From contig CAYQEE010000006.1 of NCBI GenBank assembly GCA_964416445.1, positions 21,230 through 85,229 of the forward strand: a DNA stretch of 64,000 nt. The letters are read 5' to 3'. A model generated the notes under the pieces. It made no database searches. It saw only the letters and a program-made list of their open reading frames with translations, and was not told the DNA's origin. This DNA is from an uncultured Gammaproteobacteria bacterium. Its GTDB lineage: Bacteria > Patescibacteriota > Microgenomatia > Levybacterales > UBA12049. Positions 23,585 to 33,216 of the stretch are shown one piece after another. Within the stretch, counting starts at the first letter, position 1; every line of letters begins with the position of its first letter. The translations under genes were made by a program, and so were the position numbers.

Positions 23585-23731
23585 CTATTCAAGATTATCG
23601 AAATCTTCTGGAGTGTCGATATTTGATTTATCTGATTGACCAGACTGATTGGAAACTTCACCACCTTTTTGACCGATTGATTGATCATCGCCCGATGATT
23701 GTTTTTGTTGTTTTGTATCTTCTAACATCAT
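23585..23731 (-). CDS. Small acidic hypothetical protein (48 aa).
   Basis: A strong SD (GGAGG) sits 5 nt upstream of ATGATG. The protein reads MMLEDTKQQKQSSGDDQ...PEDFDNLE. Confidence 0.45.
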   Translation of the reverse strand: MMLEDTKQQKQSSGDDQSIGQKGGEVSNQSGQSDKSNIDTPEDFDNLE

Positions 23732-24224
23732 AGAACCTCCTTTCTGATAAGTTATACTAATTGGTAATCTAGTAAAAAAACTCGTTTCATTTTCTGTTTA
23801 CTTATTTGGAAAATACGCTTTTCATAGTTATTAAGGAGGGAATGATATTTATGGATATAGGTAAATGTCTTTGCTTTATACATAGTAATAAATCCTATAC
23901 CCAATGGTAATAAAAAAGCTAATGTAATCTCAAAAGTTTGTAAAAAATCTTGGGTCATAATGACATTATCAAGGTTTACTTTTCAAAACAATATAAAAGT
24001 TATACAAGAATGTTTTTTTAACAATTTGAGAAGTAGCTCGTTTTACTTCAAACAATGGCGAAGTAGATAATGAAAGTTGCGGAAGCGAAATTCTTGGCAA
24101 CGTTCGTGTACCTAATGGTAATTGGACAGTATTCATGATTAATTACTATTTTAGGGCGGAAATGTAAAAAGAGTAATTTGGTATAGTAAGAGTTTTGCAA
24201 GAGGGAGAAAGGAGTAACATTAAC

Positions 24225-24530
24225 GGAAAAAATGACCTATCACGTCAATTGTTCTTATGAAAGAACTACCCATGGATCCACTTGTCCTAATTGCTCTTCT
24301 GATTGTACCTTCTCTTAACCCCGATTCGTTGTCACGCGGACGCAGTAGTCTTCTCGTTGCGTTCTTTATTCCATTTTGTGTACTTTCACAGCCAACAGAG
24401 AGTGACTCTATTCCTGTTTGATCAAAACGATATATTTCCATAGTATTCTGATGAAGTTGGTATAGTCCTTTTCTTTCTTTTTAGCAAGAAGGAATATAAG
24501 CGCCTTGTAGGGACAAGCCAACGAGATTCT
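24225..24530 (-). other. Candidate small structured RNA (unknown family), or alternatively a 73-aa Arg-rich ORF. It is a GC-elevated, hairpin-rich non-coding-looking interval.
   Basis: Local GC is higher than the flanks (for example GTCACGCGGACGCAGTAGTC). There is a perfect hairpin GTTCTT-ATGA-AAGAAC at 24251-24266. Reading 5' to 3' on the minus strand, the motif TGACGTGATAGGTCA is followed by TTTTTT near 24225, which is terminator-like. A -35/-10-like pair (TTGGCT-N16-TTATAT) sits near 24490-24520 on the minus strand. Confidence 0.25.
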
Positions 24531-24605
24531 TTTATAATTTTATGCTAATAGATGTTATCTTATGAGTACTTTGCTATAATGCCCAAGCTATTAAAAAAGC
24601 AATGT

Positions 24606-25772
24606 ATGGCAAAGATCTATTCTCAGCATGAGAAAAAAAGCGAAGTAGTAAATGTTTGGGCAACAAGAAGAGATATTCCTCTTGCAATTTTGGGCTGGAT
24701 TGTGTTACTCATCATTATCTTAAGGGGTCTCAGTTATATTAGTGGAACAATCATTTTACTGTTAATTGCTGGTTTTTTAGCATACGCATTAGTTCCTGCT
24801 GTAACCTTTCTGGAAAAGTATATGCCTCGGTTTCTTGCCATTTTTTTTACGTACCTTGTTATCTTGAGTGGGCTCGGTGTTCTTATTTATTTTATTGCCA
24901 GTACTGCGGTACTGCAGTTCGAATTATTTGCTCATAATGTTCAATCGTTACTTACTCCGCGAAACGGTTTAGGTACGCCACTCTTTATGACTCTGAAACG
25001 ATTTGGTATCTCTCAGCAACAAATATCACTTGTGGGACAAGATCTCACTGCTTCAGCGGAACAACTCACCAGTAGTATTGTTCCTTTTTTGAGCAGTATT
25101 TTTACGTTTGTTCTGGATATTTTAGTAGTGGCCGTTTTAAGCATTTATTTACTCACTGATGGCATCAAAATCACGGAATGGTTGCGAAACAATACCCCTC
25201 CCGCCCAAGAAAAACGAATGGAGTTTCTGATGAGACTTATTGAAAAAATTGTCGGAGGGTATATTCGCGGACAAGTTACCTTAGCATTTATAGTCGGTTT
25301 TTTAGTTGGCATTGGTATGGTAATCTTGCAAGTGCCTTATGCAGTACTCTTAGGAGTTTTAGCATTTTTACTAGAATTTATACCTATTTTAGGAACACTC
25401 ATTTCTGGAGCAATTTGTGTTGTTCTGGCCTTATCGCAAGGGTGGATTATTGCAGTAATTGTACTTGTTTATTTTATTATTGTTCATGTTATTGAAGGAG
25501 ATATTTTAGGTCCTCGAATTGTTGGAAAAGCAATTGGGCTCCATCCATTAGTTTCTCTTATTGCACTAATTGCAGGTTCAGAGCTTTTTGGATTGATTGG
25601 CGCGTTATTTGCTTCACCAGTTGCTGGAATTGTACAAGCATTACTAATTACAGTTTGGACAGAGTGGAAGTCTACGCATACTGAACTTTTTGCAAAACAA
25701 AAACGCAAAGTTGTCCAAAGTATCAATAAAAATCTTTCTGATGATCCATTGCAGAGCAAGAAAAACACGTAG
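24606..25772 (+). CDS. AI-2E family transporter (UPF0118, PerM/YhhT-like).
   Basis: There are about 8 TM helices and the characteristic C-terminal IPILGTLISGAICVVLAL region. An extended -10 promoter (TGCTATAAT) lies at 24570-24578. Confidence 0.75.
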   Translation: MAKIYSQHEKKSEVVNVWATRRDIPLAILGWIVLLIIILRGLSYISGTIILLLIAGFLAYALVPAVTFLEKYMPRFLAIFFTYLVILSGLGVLIYFIASTAVLQFELFAHNVQSLLTPRNGLGTPLFMTLKRFGISQQQISLVGQDLTASAEQLTSSIVPFLSSIFTFVLDILVVAVLSIYLLTDGIKITEWLRNNTPPAQEKRMEFLMRLIEKIVGGYIRGQVTLAFIVGFLVGIGMVILQVPYAVLLGVLAFLLEFIPILGTLISGAICVVLALSQGWIIAVIVLVYFIIVHVIEGDILGPRIVGKAIGLHPLVSLIALIAGSELFGLIGALFASPVAGIVQALLITVWTEWKSTHTELFAKQKRKVVQSINKNLSDDPLQSKKNT

Positions 25773-25827
25773 TTTGCAAATTTCTTCTGTACATCTTTGT
25801 TGATATTCTTTATGATAATAAAATCGA

Positions 25828-27153
25828 ATGCAGATACAATTTTTTGGAGCAGCGGGAACAGTGACGGGTTCATGCTATCTTCTTTCAACGAATTCTCAAA
25901 CTATTCTCATTGATTGCGGTATGTTTCAAGGAAGTGATGTTTCGCATCTTAATTTTGAGAAACTTCCTTTTGATCCCACTACTGTGTCGCTTGTGGTTCT
26001 TACTCATGCACACTTAGATCATTGTGGACGGTTACCTCTTTTAGTTAAGGAAGGGTTTACGGGGAAAATTTATATGACTCAAGCAACAAAACTGCTTGTT
26101 GGTATTGCTTTGTTTGATGCAGTGAAAGTTGCCAATGAGCATACAGATCGTCCAGCAATGTATACCGAAGATGACGTGCATAAAACATTACAACATATTG
26201 AAATTATTCCGTACGATCAAGCAATTATTCTTGGGCAGCTTCGTATTTCCTTTCGAAACGCCGGTCATATTTTAGGGTCGGCGAGTATTGAGATTAATGA
26301 CGGTACGCAAATTGTTTTATTTTCTGGTGATTTGGGAAATCCATTACAAAAATTATTACAACCAACCGCTTCTGTTCCACAAGCGGATGTGGTTGTCATG
26401 GAAGCAACCTATGGCAATAGAATTCATCCAAATATTGACGCCTTAACGCAATTACAGCAAGAAATTACGCTGATAGAGCAATCAAAAGCAGTCTTATTAC
26501 TTCCTGCATTTGCCTTAGATCGAACCCAAGTATTATTGCATTTATTAAACCATTTAAAACGAGACGGGAAGATACCACGTGGGATACCCGTATATTTAGA
26601 TAGTCCGATGGGAATTCGAGCAACAGCAGTCTATAAAGAGTGTAAAGCATTATGGAGTGATGAGTTACAAAGCCATACTGATGATCCGTTCTCCTTTCCT
26701 GACCTTTTTGTGACAGAAGAAGCAAAGGAAAGTGAAAAAATAGTGAAAGTGCCAGGACCTAAAATTATTATTGCGGGAAATGGCATGATGAATGGAGGAA
26801 GAATATGGCATCATTTACTGAATTATTTACCGCTTCCTTCAACACGATTACTGAGTGTTGGGTATCAAGGAGTAGGTACGGTAGGGAGAGAAATTTTAGA
26901 AGGCGCAAAACGTATTACCTTGTATCACGAAACAATTTCAGTGAACGGAACAGTTACCAGTATGGAAGGACTGAGTGCGCATGCAGATCAAACCGAACTT
27001 TGTTCGTGGTTACAAAAAATTCGTAACGTAAAAAAGCTTTTTATAACCCATGGGGACGATGAATCTCGACAAACGCTTGTTAATACCATTTCTGAAACAA
27101 TAAAAATCACTGATATTATTCTCCCAACAAAAGATAGTATCTATTCCTGGTAA
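25828..27153 (+). CDS. MBL-fold beta-CASP metallo-hydrolase (RNA-processing nuclease-like).
   Basis: The HAHLDHCG (HxHxDH) motif is present and the C-terminus SAHAD is beta-CASP-type. Confidence 0.75.
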   Translation: MQIQFFGAAGTVTGSCYLLSTNSQTILIDCGMFQGSDVSHLNFEKLPFDPTTVSLVVLTHAHLDHCGRLPLLVKEGFTGKIYMTQATKLLVGIALFDAVKVANEHTDRPAMYTEDDVHKTLQHIEIIPYDQAIILGQLRISFRNAGHILGSASIEINDGTQIVLFSGDLGNPLQKLLQPTASVPQADVVVMEATYGNRIHPNIDALTQLQQEITLIEQSKAVLLLPAFALDRTQVLLHLLNHLKRDGKIPRGIPVYLDSPMGIRATAVYKECKALWSDELQSHTDDPFSFPDLFVTEEAKESEKIVKVPGPKIIIAGNGMMNGGRIWHHLLNYLPLPSTRLLSVGYQGVGTVGREILEGAKRITLYHETISVNGTVTSMEGLSAHADQTELCSWLQKIRNVKKLFITHGDDESRQTLVNTISETIKITDIILPTKDSIYSW

Positions 27154-27156
27154 TCA

Positions 27157-27339
27157 TTATCGATCATCACGAAACGCATTCTTTACATCTTGCTTTAAAC
27201 GCGATGCTGCTTCATTTGCACTGCCTTTAATTTCATCCCATGTTCCACCTGCGTCATCACCAGTTGATTTTTTTATTTTTCCTCTTCCTTTTTGAAATTT
27301 TCCTTTAATATTTTGTGCGAGATCATCAAGGTCTGACAT
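27157..27339 (-). CDS. CsbD-family general stress protein.
   Basis: The 60-aa protein has the KGKFQKGRGKIKK...ASRLKQDVKNAFRD pattern. Confidence 0.6.
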   Translation of the reverse strand: MSDLDDLAQNIKGKFQKGRGKIKKSTGDDAGGTWDEIKGSANEAASRLKQDVKNAFRDDR

Positions 27340-27422
27340 ATTGGTTACCTCCTTTCTTTGTTTACTATATCCTATGTGATTGGTAGCGATGTAAAAGAGA
27401 ACGAAGAGATTGGTAAGAGTAA

Positions 27423-28343
27423 CTAGGTCTCTTGCTGCAATTGAGGAAATAAATCATAATGTGCGGTTTGTGCAGCAGTTGCTCCTTCATGGGCTGCGGT
27501 GATAACTTGATGATTAAATAATTTTGTTACATCTCCCGCTGCATAGACAAAAGGAATATTTGTTCGTTGTTCCGCATCAGTGAGGATATAGCTTGTTTCT
27601 GAGAGACGAACACCAAGTTGTTTTGCGAGTGTGGTATTTGGTTTTGCTTCATGTTCACTAAAGAGGTAATCAAGAGGAAGTTGTTGACCATTCGAAAGGG
27701 TCACTAAAGAAAATATTCCATTGTCTCCTGCTATTGCGGTAATTTGCGTGTCATAGAAGGGAATATGTGTTTTTTCTAATCGCCTTATCCATTCTTTTGT
27801 TATTACGTGTTTTCCTGGGGGAGTATTCGTCACAAACACTATCTGTCGTGTAAAAATAAGAAATTGTAACGCAGTACAGACTGCCTCATTTGTTTTTCCT
27901 ATGACGATAATTCGTTTTCCCCTCGTTTTATATCCATCACAGGTTATACACCAAAATAATGATTTTCCTAAGTATGCTTTCCAATTGGTGAAATGGGGGA
28001 AAAAATCAGTGACACCTGTTGCGAGAATTAGCGAGCGGCTTCGATATGTTATGTGTTTTCCTTGCGAGATAAAAATCTCTTTTTCCTTGTATGTCGTTTC
28101 AATAGTGTCATCACCAAATTGACTACCAAACATTCGTGCTTGTTCTATTCCTCGACGTCTCAGTTCTTGCGATGATATTCCTTGTGGAAATCCTAAATAA
28201 TTTTGATTGACTTCTTGAGAATTCCATCTGCCTGTTCCATTATCGAGAACGATGGTTGATCGATTCAATCGTGTCGTATAGATTGCAGCGGAAATACCAG
28301 CAAATCCCCCACCAATAACGACAACATCATAGAGTGGCTTCAT
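27423..28343 (-). CDS. trxB: Thioredoxin-disulfide reductase.
   Basis: FAD-binding VVIGGGFAGISAA, redox-active CITC (CxxC), and a second Rossmann GxGxxA motif are present. Confidence 0.85.
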   Translation of the reverse strand: MKPLYDVVVIGGGFAGISAAIYTTRLNRSTIVLDNGTGRWNSQEVNQNYLGFPQGISSQELRRRGIEQARMFGSQFGDDTIETTYKEKEIFISQGKHITYRSRSLILATGVTDFFPHFTNWKAYLGKSLFWCITCDGYKTRGKRIIVIGKTNEAVCTALQFLIFTRQIVFVTNTPPGKHVITKEWIRRLEKTHIPFYDTQITAIAGDNGIFSLVTLSNGQQLPLDYLFSEHEAKPNTTLAKQLGVRLSETSYILTDAEQRTNIPFVYAAGDVTKLFNHQVITAAHEGATAAQTAHYDLFPQLQQET

Positions 28344-28405
28344 ACTATGCTTGTACGGTATTTTTGTAAGAATTAGAAAAGAGTGTTGTTTGCTATAATT
28401 GAGCA

Positions 28406-28999
28406 ATGCCAATTGCCTTTCTCTATTGTGATCTTGCTGGAGTGCACTATGATTTTCAAACTGGTCTGACGAAGCTCTTAGAAAATGAAGGTATTACCTA
28501 TGCATCTTTTGCCAATGATATTGAACCACTTGAGAAAAAGCTTAATGAAGGATCGATTTCATTGGATCAAGCGCTTCCATCATACGAAAGATATTTTCAC
28601 CATTCATTGGCAAAGAAGGAATTTATTAATTTTCTTACTGATCAATTTCAACCAATTACCGCAATGCATACTGTGCTTCAAAATCTTTCAAAACACTATC
28701 CGATTGGATTGCTAACAAATATTTTTGATGGATTATTTAGCGTATTACAAAAAAAACATCTTATTGCATCTCTCGATTATCAACAAATTATTCAGTCATA
28801 CCAAGTAGGAGTAGTAAAACCTGATCCACGAATTTATCTTCTTGCTACTAAAAAGGCACAAGTAAATCCAGAACAAATCCTTTTTATTGATGATTCTCCA
28901 GTATCTGTTGCCGCAGCAAACCAAGTGGGTTGGAATACCATTTTGTTTGATGTAAAACGAGTTGATACGATTCGTGAAGAAATTGCCGCAAAGTTGTGA
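28406..28999 (+). CDS. HAD-superfamily hydrolase (subfamily IA-like).
   Basis: The C-terminal motif ILFIDDSPVSVAAANQVGW is present. The N-terminal nucleophile motif is atypical (YCDLAGV). Confidence 0.55.
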   Translation: MPIAFLYCDLAGVHYDFQTGLTKLLENEGITYASFANDIEPLEKKLNEGSISLDQALPSYERYFHHSLAKKEFINFLTDQFQPITAMHTVLQNLSKHYPIGLLTNIFDGLFSVLQKKHLIASLDYQQIIQSYQVGVVKPDPRIYLLATKKAQVNPEQILFIDDSPVSVAAANQVGWNTILFDVKRVDTIREEIAAKL

Positions 29000-29155
29000 T
29001 ACCCCAAAACGTATGGAATAATATGGATAATGAACGTTCATGGGTGTCTGAAATTTGTATTGTCCTTGTGATCTTAATTATTGCGGGAAGAGTTTTTTTT
29101 GGCAAATAGTTTTTCAGAAAGCATATCATTACCTCTGTTGCATGTATGCAATATC

Positions 29156-29944
29156 CTAATAATGTCCAAAAGGATAGGTAATATCTTTAGTAAAATATTC
29201 AATACCATAACGCCACAGTCCATAGATTCCTTTCAGATAAAATACCAAAAAGGGAAGAGGTCCCATTTTCCGAATTCGTCGTACAGAATGATAAGCAAGA
29301 GGCGAGAAATAAAAATGATACGAGGCACCATTTGCATAGGATCTTCTTGCATAATCAATATCTTCTGCAATCAGTAAATCAGTTCGGAAACCATTTAACT
29401 TCTCATGATTTTCTTTGGTGGTAAATAGAAAAAACCCGGGTGCATAATGTCCGAAGAGACAGAATAGAATTCCCACAGGAGCAAGAATCGCAATAATGAG
29501 CGTTGAAAAGAAATCAAATTCTGCGGCTAAACATAAGGTGACTGCGAGGGTACGTTCCTGAGGAGGAACTTTTGGAAGAAAAGATGCTAAAAAATGAGGA
29601 GGTAAAATCATATCTGCGTCAAGGAAAAGAATATGATGAAATGATGCTTTTTTTGCACCAAAGTTTCGTTGTGCTCCGATATTCTTATTGATTTCATAAA
29701 CAGAGAGATTTGGTAACGTTTGCTGGAACTGTCTAATGACCTCTCTTGTTTTGTCGGTTGATTTTCCATCGACAACAATGATCTCAAGTTTTCCGGTATG
29801 GGTTTGGTTTTGAAGTGAGTTCAGTAATTTAGGTAAATATTTTTCTTCATTAAGTGTTGGAATAACGATGGAAAGTTGAGAAATCATGAATTTTATCATA
29901 AATAAAAAATGATTAGGTGTCAAAAATACTTTTTTTATTTTCAC
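29156..29944 (-). CDS. GT2-family glycosyltransferase.
   Basis: SIVIPTLNEEKYL, VVDGKSTDKT and LFLDADMI (DxD) are present. Confidence 0.8.
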   Translation of the reverse strand: MKIKKVFLTPNHFLFMIKFMISQLSIVIPTLNEEKYLPKLLNSLQNQTHTGKLEIIVVDGKSTDKTREVIRQFQQTLPNLSVYEINKNIGAQRNFGAKKASFHHILFLDADMILPPHFLASFLPKVPPQERTLAVTLCLAAEFDFFSTLIIAILAPVGILFCLFGHYAPGFFLFTTKENHEKLNGFRTDLLIAEDIDYARRSYANGASYHFYFSPLAYHSVRRIRKMGPLPFLVFYLKGIYGLWRYGIEYFTKDITYPFGHY

Positions 29945-29981
29945 ATCTCTTTGTTTATGGTATAGTTTTACTATCCGCCCT

Positions 29982-30851
29982 ATGAAGAAAGTATTGCTTT
30001 TTCTCTTACCTGTTGTCTTAGCGATTCTTGTTTTTCTTGGAGTTGTGTATTTTTTGCAAAAAACAACCGTGAGTAAAGGTGCTTTACAAGTAACTTCCCA
30101 ACCACAAAGTACGGCGTATTTAAATGGACAAATTGTTGGAAAGACACCGTTATGTGATTGTGACCCGAAAGATATGCTTCCTGTTGGTGACTACACAATT
30201 CGACTTGTCCCCACAAGTGGGAATGCAGAACCTTATGAAGAGAAAATTACACTTTCCCAATCCGTTTTAACTGTTGTTGATCGGACGTTTGGCGATGTGG
30301 GAAAATCAAACGGAAGTGTTATCTCCTTAAGTCCGATTTCTGATCCGAAGGATGCACAAATTTTTGTTTCGTCCTTTCCCTATGGTGCAGATGTTTCATT
30401 AGATAGTAATCCTTCAGGAAGTACCCCGTTGGTAATTGATCATGTCACGGAATCTGACCATGAGTTAACTGTTTCCAAAAGCGGCTATGATCAGAAAACA
30501 ATTCGAATTCATGGCGTGTTAGGATATAAACTCAGTGCCATTATCTCACTAGCAACTGATCTTTCTCAGCAACCCGTTGCGATTACTACTGCTACACCTT
30601 CTGCGTCAGTAACTCCTACGGGGAATCCGACACCGACGAGTATCTTACAAGGTCCCCAAATTACTATTTTAGATACACCCACTGGTTTTCTTCGAGTTCG
30701 AGACTCAGCGTCCTTAGGTGGTACTGAAATTGCACAAGTTCATCCAGGAGAAACCTACCCGTACGTTGGAGAACAGGATGGGTGGATGGAAATAAAGCTA
30801 CCAAATGGTCAAAAGGGATGGGTAAGCGCAACCTATACCAAAAAGCTGTAA
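29982..30851 (+). CDS. Membrane-anchored surface protein with two PEGA domains and a C-terminal bacterial SH3 (SH3b) domain.
   Basis: An N-terminal TM helix is followed by PEGA-like repeats (YLNGQIVGKTPL...DYTIRL; FPYGADVSLDSNPSGSTPLVID) and a C-terminal SH3b pattern (LRVRDSASLGGTEIAQVHPGETY...GWMEIKLPNGQKGWVSATY). Confidence 0.65.
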   Translation: MKKVLLFLLPVVLAILVFLGVVYFLQKTTVSKGALQVTSQPQSTAYLNGQIVGKTPLCDCDPKDMLPVGDYTIRLVPTSGNAEPYEEKITLSQSVLTVVDRTFGDVGKSNGSVISLSPISDPKDAQIFVSSFPYGADVSLDSNPSGSTPLVIDHVTESDHELTVSKSGYDQKTIRIHGVLGYKLSAIISLATDLSQQPVAITTATPSASVTPTGNPTPTSILQGPQITILDTPTGFLRVRDSASLGGTEIAQVHPGETYPYVGEQDGWMEIKLPNGQKGWVSATYTKKL

Positions 30852-31796
30852 TTATCCTCGGATGAAGTAAATGACTATAATAACAAGAAGAATCCATGAA
30901 ATAACACTGATTAATAATGGCGTATCAGATAAGAATACTTTCTCCGGACTCTCTCCTTCATGTTTTTCATAAATATCTTGTAAATAACGCATTAATCCGT
31001 ATACTACGGGGAAAATAGTTATCATTAACCATTTTCTTTGGAAATAGTCGGGAAGAAAATTGGGAAGCAAAGCGTTAATAGAAATTTTTATTCCTTGAGG
31101 GTCTTCAAAAAACGTAAAAAATGAATAGAAAATCAGTGTACACGAGACAAAGATTGAAGCATAAACATCCAAGAGCCGTTCAGAATAATGAGATAATGTT
31201 TTTCTGGTAGCTTCAATTTGTTTTTCGGTAAATCGGGAGATGAGGGTTAACTCGGAACGTCGTTTTCCAACAGCTAAAAACAGCGATAAAGAAACCGTTG
31301 TGAGTACAAGCCAAATGGAAATATGGTATCCGCTTGCAACTTCGCCACCATATACTCGTAAAATATATCCCGCAGCAAGTGCAAGAATATCAAGAATTGT
31401 AATATCTTTAATAAACATGGAATAGGAAAGTTGGAGTGCGAGGTAAATAGTGACAAGAAAGAAAAATGCTGGATTAATAGCAATACTCAAAATGAGTGAT
31501 CCAATGGCAAGAATAAAAAAGAGTACTAATGCATATGGTATCGAAAGATCTCCTGCAGCTAACGGTCGAAACTTTTTAAAAGGATGCATTCGGTCTTTTT
31601 GAATGTCGAAAATATCATTGATAACATAGACAGCACTGGAAAGGCCACAAAAAATAATAAAAGCAAAACAGACATTTAAGAAAATTGGGAGATTAAAGAG
31701 TTGACCAGTAAAAACAAGAGAGGGAAAAACAGCAAAGTTTTTAATCCATTGCTTTGGTCTGAACAACTTTAGCGTTTTAATAATTTTCTTTTTCAT
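30852..31796 (-). CDS. UbiA-family prenyltransferase, decaprenyl-phosphate phosphoribosyltransferase (DPPR synthase)-like.
   Basis: The NDIFDIQKDRMHP motif (NDxxDxxxD) is present with 8-9 TM helices. Confidence 0.7.
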   Translation of the reverse strand: MKKKIIKTLKLFRPKQWIKNFAVFPSLVFTGQLFNLPIFLNVCFAFIIFCGLSSAVYVINDIFDIQKDRMHPFKKFRPLAAGDLSIPYALVLFFILAIGSLILSIAINPAFFFLVTIYLALQLSYSMFIKDITILDILALAAGYILRVYGGEVASGYHISIWLVLTTVSLSLFLAVGKRRSELTLISRFTEKQIEATRKTLSHYSERLLDVYASIFVSCTLIFYSFFTFFEDPQGIKISINALLPNFLPDYFQRKWLMITIFPVVYGLMRYLQDIYEKHEGESPEKVFLSDTPLLISVISWILLVIIVIYFIRG

Positions 31797-32856
31797 GGTT
31801 TGCTTTTAGCGTAATATGCAAGAAAAGCAATCCGCCACCTAACACTACTCCCAACATGACAATCGCGAATATTTTGCCTGAACTCGAGAGTGTTAAGGAA
31901 GCTGCTCCTAATATAGCAGAAATTATCCAATAAAACAAAGCTACTCCGCGTTGTCCCAACCCTTTTTGCAGTAATAAGTGGTGCAAATGTTTATTATCTC
32001 CCCAAAAAGGTGATCTGCCACTGAGTAAGCGACGAATTATCGTAAAAATACCATCAATCATAGGAACTCCCATAACTAAAATAGCTGTAGCTAATTTTGC
32101 TCCCGATAAAATCGAAACAGCACTCAAAAGAAGATAAATAGCAGTCGCTCCATATCCGGGAAAAATCCGGGCAGGATAGTAATTATAGACAAGAAACCCC
32201 AGAGCAGCTCCAGCAATAATAAATGATAATTTTACTGGTAACGCTGTAACGGGATCACTCAGAAAAAAGCGAAGACTTAACAATCCAATAACAAATGCTG
32301 ATATTGCTACCACTCCTGGCATTTGTCCATCGACTCCTTTACTCCAATTCAACATATTCATTACCCAGACAATCCAAATGAGAGATAAGATGTCAGAAAG
32401 ATGTAATCCCACTCGTACTTGAAAAAGTGTTGTGGAAAATCCAATAGCGTTTAAATGAAGGATACCGCCTAATGGATTCGTGATAAAAGGTATCGTGACT
32501 CCGCTATTAACAATAATTAAAGCACAAAAGATATTAACCGCAAATCGAAAATAGCGGGATATATCGTACTTATCATCGAGAGTTCCGGTTACTAAGGCAA
32601 TGAGCGATGAAACAAAAAGAGCAACGGTTATTCGATTAATAGGGAGAAAAAAGATGCTTGCTCCAACAACTCCGAGGAATAAAGGAATGCCACCTCCACG
32701 AGGAATTGGTTTGGTATGTACCATTGCCGGATGTTTGTGTGTTTTTGGATCATCAATAAGTCCCCATTTTCGAATGAAAATAAGACAAAAAGGAGTAACG
32801 AGGAGCGTTATGAAAAAAGAAGAAAAGAGCGGTAAGAAAATTATCATTGTTTCCAT
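31777..32856 (-). CDS. MraY/WecA-family (GT4) polyprenyl-phosphate N-acetylhexosamine-1-phosphate transferase.
   Basis: The protein has 10-11 TM helices, a cytoplasmic-loop motif TLDDKYDIS and MNMLNWSKGVDG. Confidence 0.7.
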   Translation of the reverse strand: METMIIFLPLFSSFFITLLVTPFCLIFIRKWGLIDDPKTHKHPAMVHTKPIPRGGGIPLFLGVVGASIFFLPINRITVALFVSSLIALVTGTLDDKYDISRYFRFAVNIFCALIIVNSGVTIPFITNPLGGILHLNAIGFSTTLFQVRVGLHLSDILSLIWIVWVMNMLNWSKGVDGQMPGVVAISAFVIGLLSLRFFLSDPVTALPVKLSFIIAGAALGFLVYNYYPARIFPGYGATAIYLLLSAVSILSGAKLATAILVMGVPMIDGIFTIIRRLLSGRSPFWGDNKHLHHLLLQKGLGQRGVALFYWIISAILGAASLTLSSSGKIFAIVMLGVVLGGGLLFLHITLKANHEKENY

Positions 32857-32862
32857 TAATCG

Positions 32863-33216
32863 TTACCTCATTAACAGTATTATTTGAATCACATAGATAA
32901 AAACGAATAGCCAAAACATTACGGTTGTAATTCCAAGAAATCGGGCAAGTAATGCTATTCTTTTATATACTTTTGATGCAACAACAAGGTTGATAATAAA
33001 GAAGATCATGGCAGTTCCCAGATAGATAAATATATCTATTTTTTGCCCGATCCGTTCATATCCCCAAGGCATTTTATTATACAAGGGAAGAAAAGGGGGG
33101 AGTGCATTATAGGAAAACCCAATAAAAAGAAAACTTGCAATTAACAGGAGAAAGCTGATAAGAAAACCCCAATAGGTAATTTTGTCTTGTCGTAAATGTT
33201 TAAAGAATTTTTTCAT
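32863..33216 (-). CDS. Small membrane protein (3-4 TM), hypothetical.
   Basis: The 117-aa protein overlaps the neighbouring genes inside the operon. Confidence 0.4.
   Translation of the reverse strand: MKKFFKHLRQDKITYWGFLISFLLLIASFLFIGFSYNALPPFLPLYNKMPWGYERIGQKIDIFIYLGTAMIFFIINLVVASKVYKRIALLARFLGITTVMFWLFVFIYVIQIILLMR

Noticed and set aside
24220-24441. A 73-aa Arg-rich minus-strand ORF treated as a confident CDS.
   Set aside because: It has no SD, odd composition and locally elevated GC with hairpins. I kept it only as an alternative explanation inside the candidate-ncRNA finding.
24225-24530. Assigning the candidate RNA to tmRNA, RNase P RNA or SRP RNA.
   Set aside because: There is no T-loop/acceptor pairing with GGTTCGA...CCA for tmRNA, no AGGAAAGTCCGGGC / ACAGAACCCGGCTTA P4 elements for RNase P RNA, and no GGAA tetraloop or AGCAGC-GGUCAGG helix-8 motif for SRP RNA. 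A short NEKTTASA* frame is not a convincing ssrA tag.
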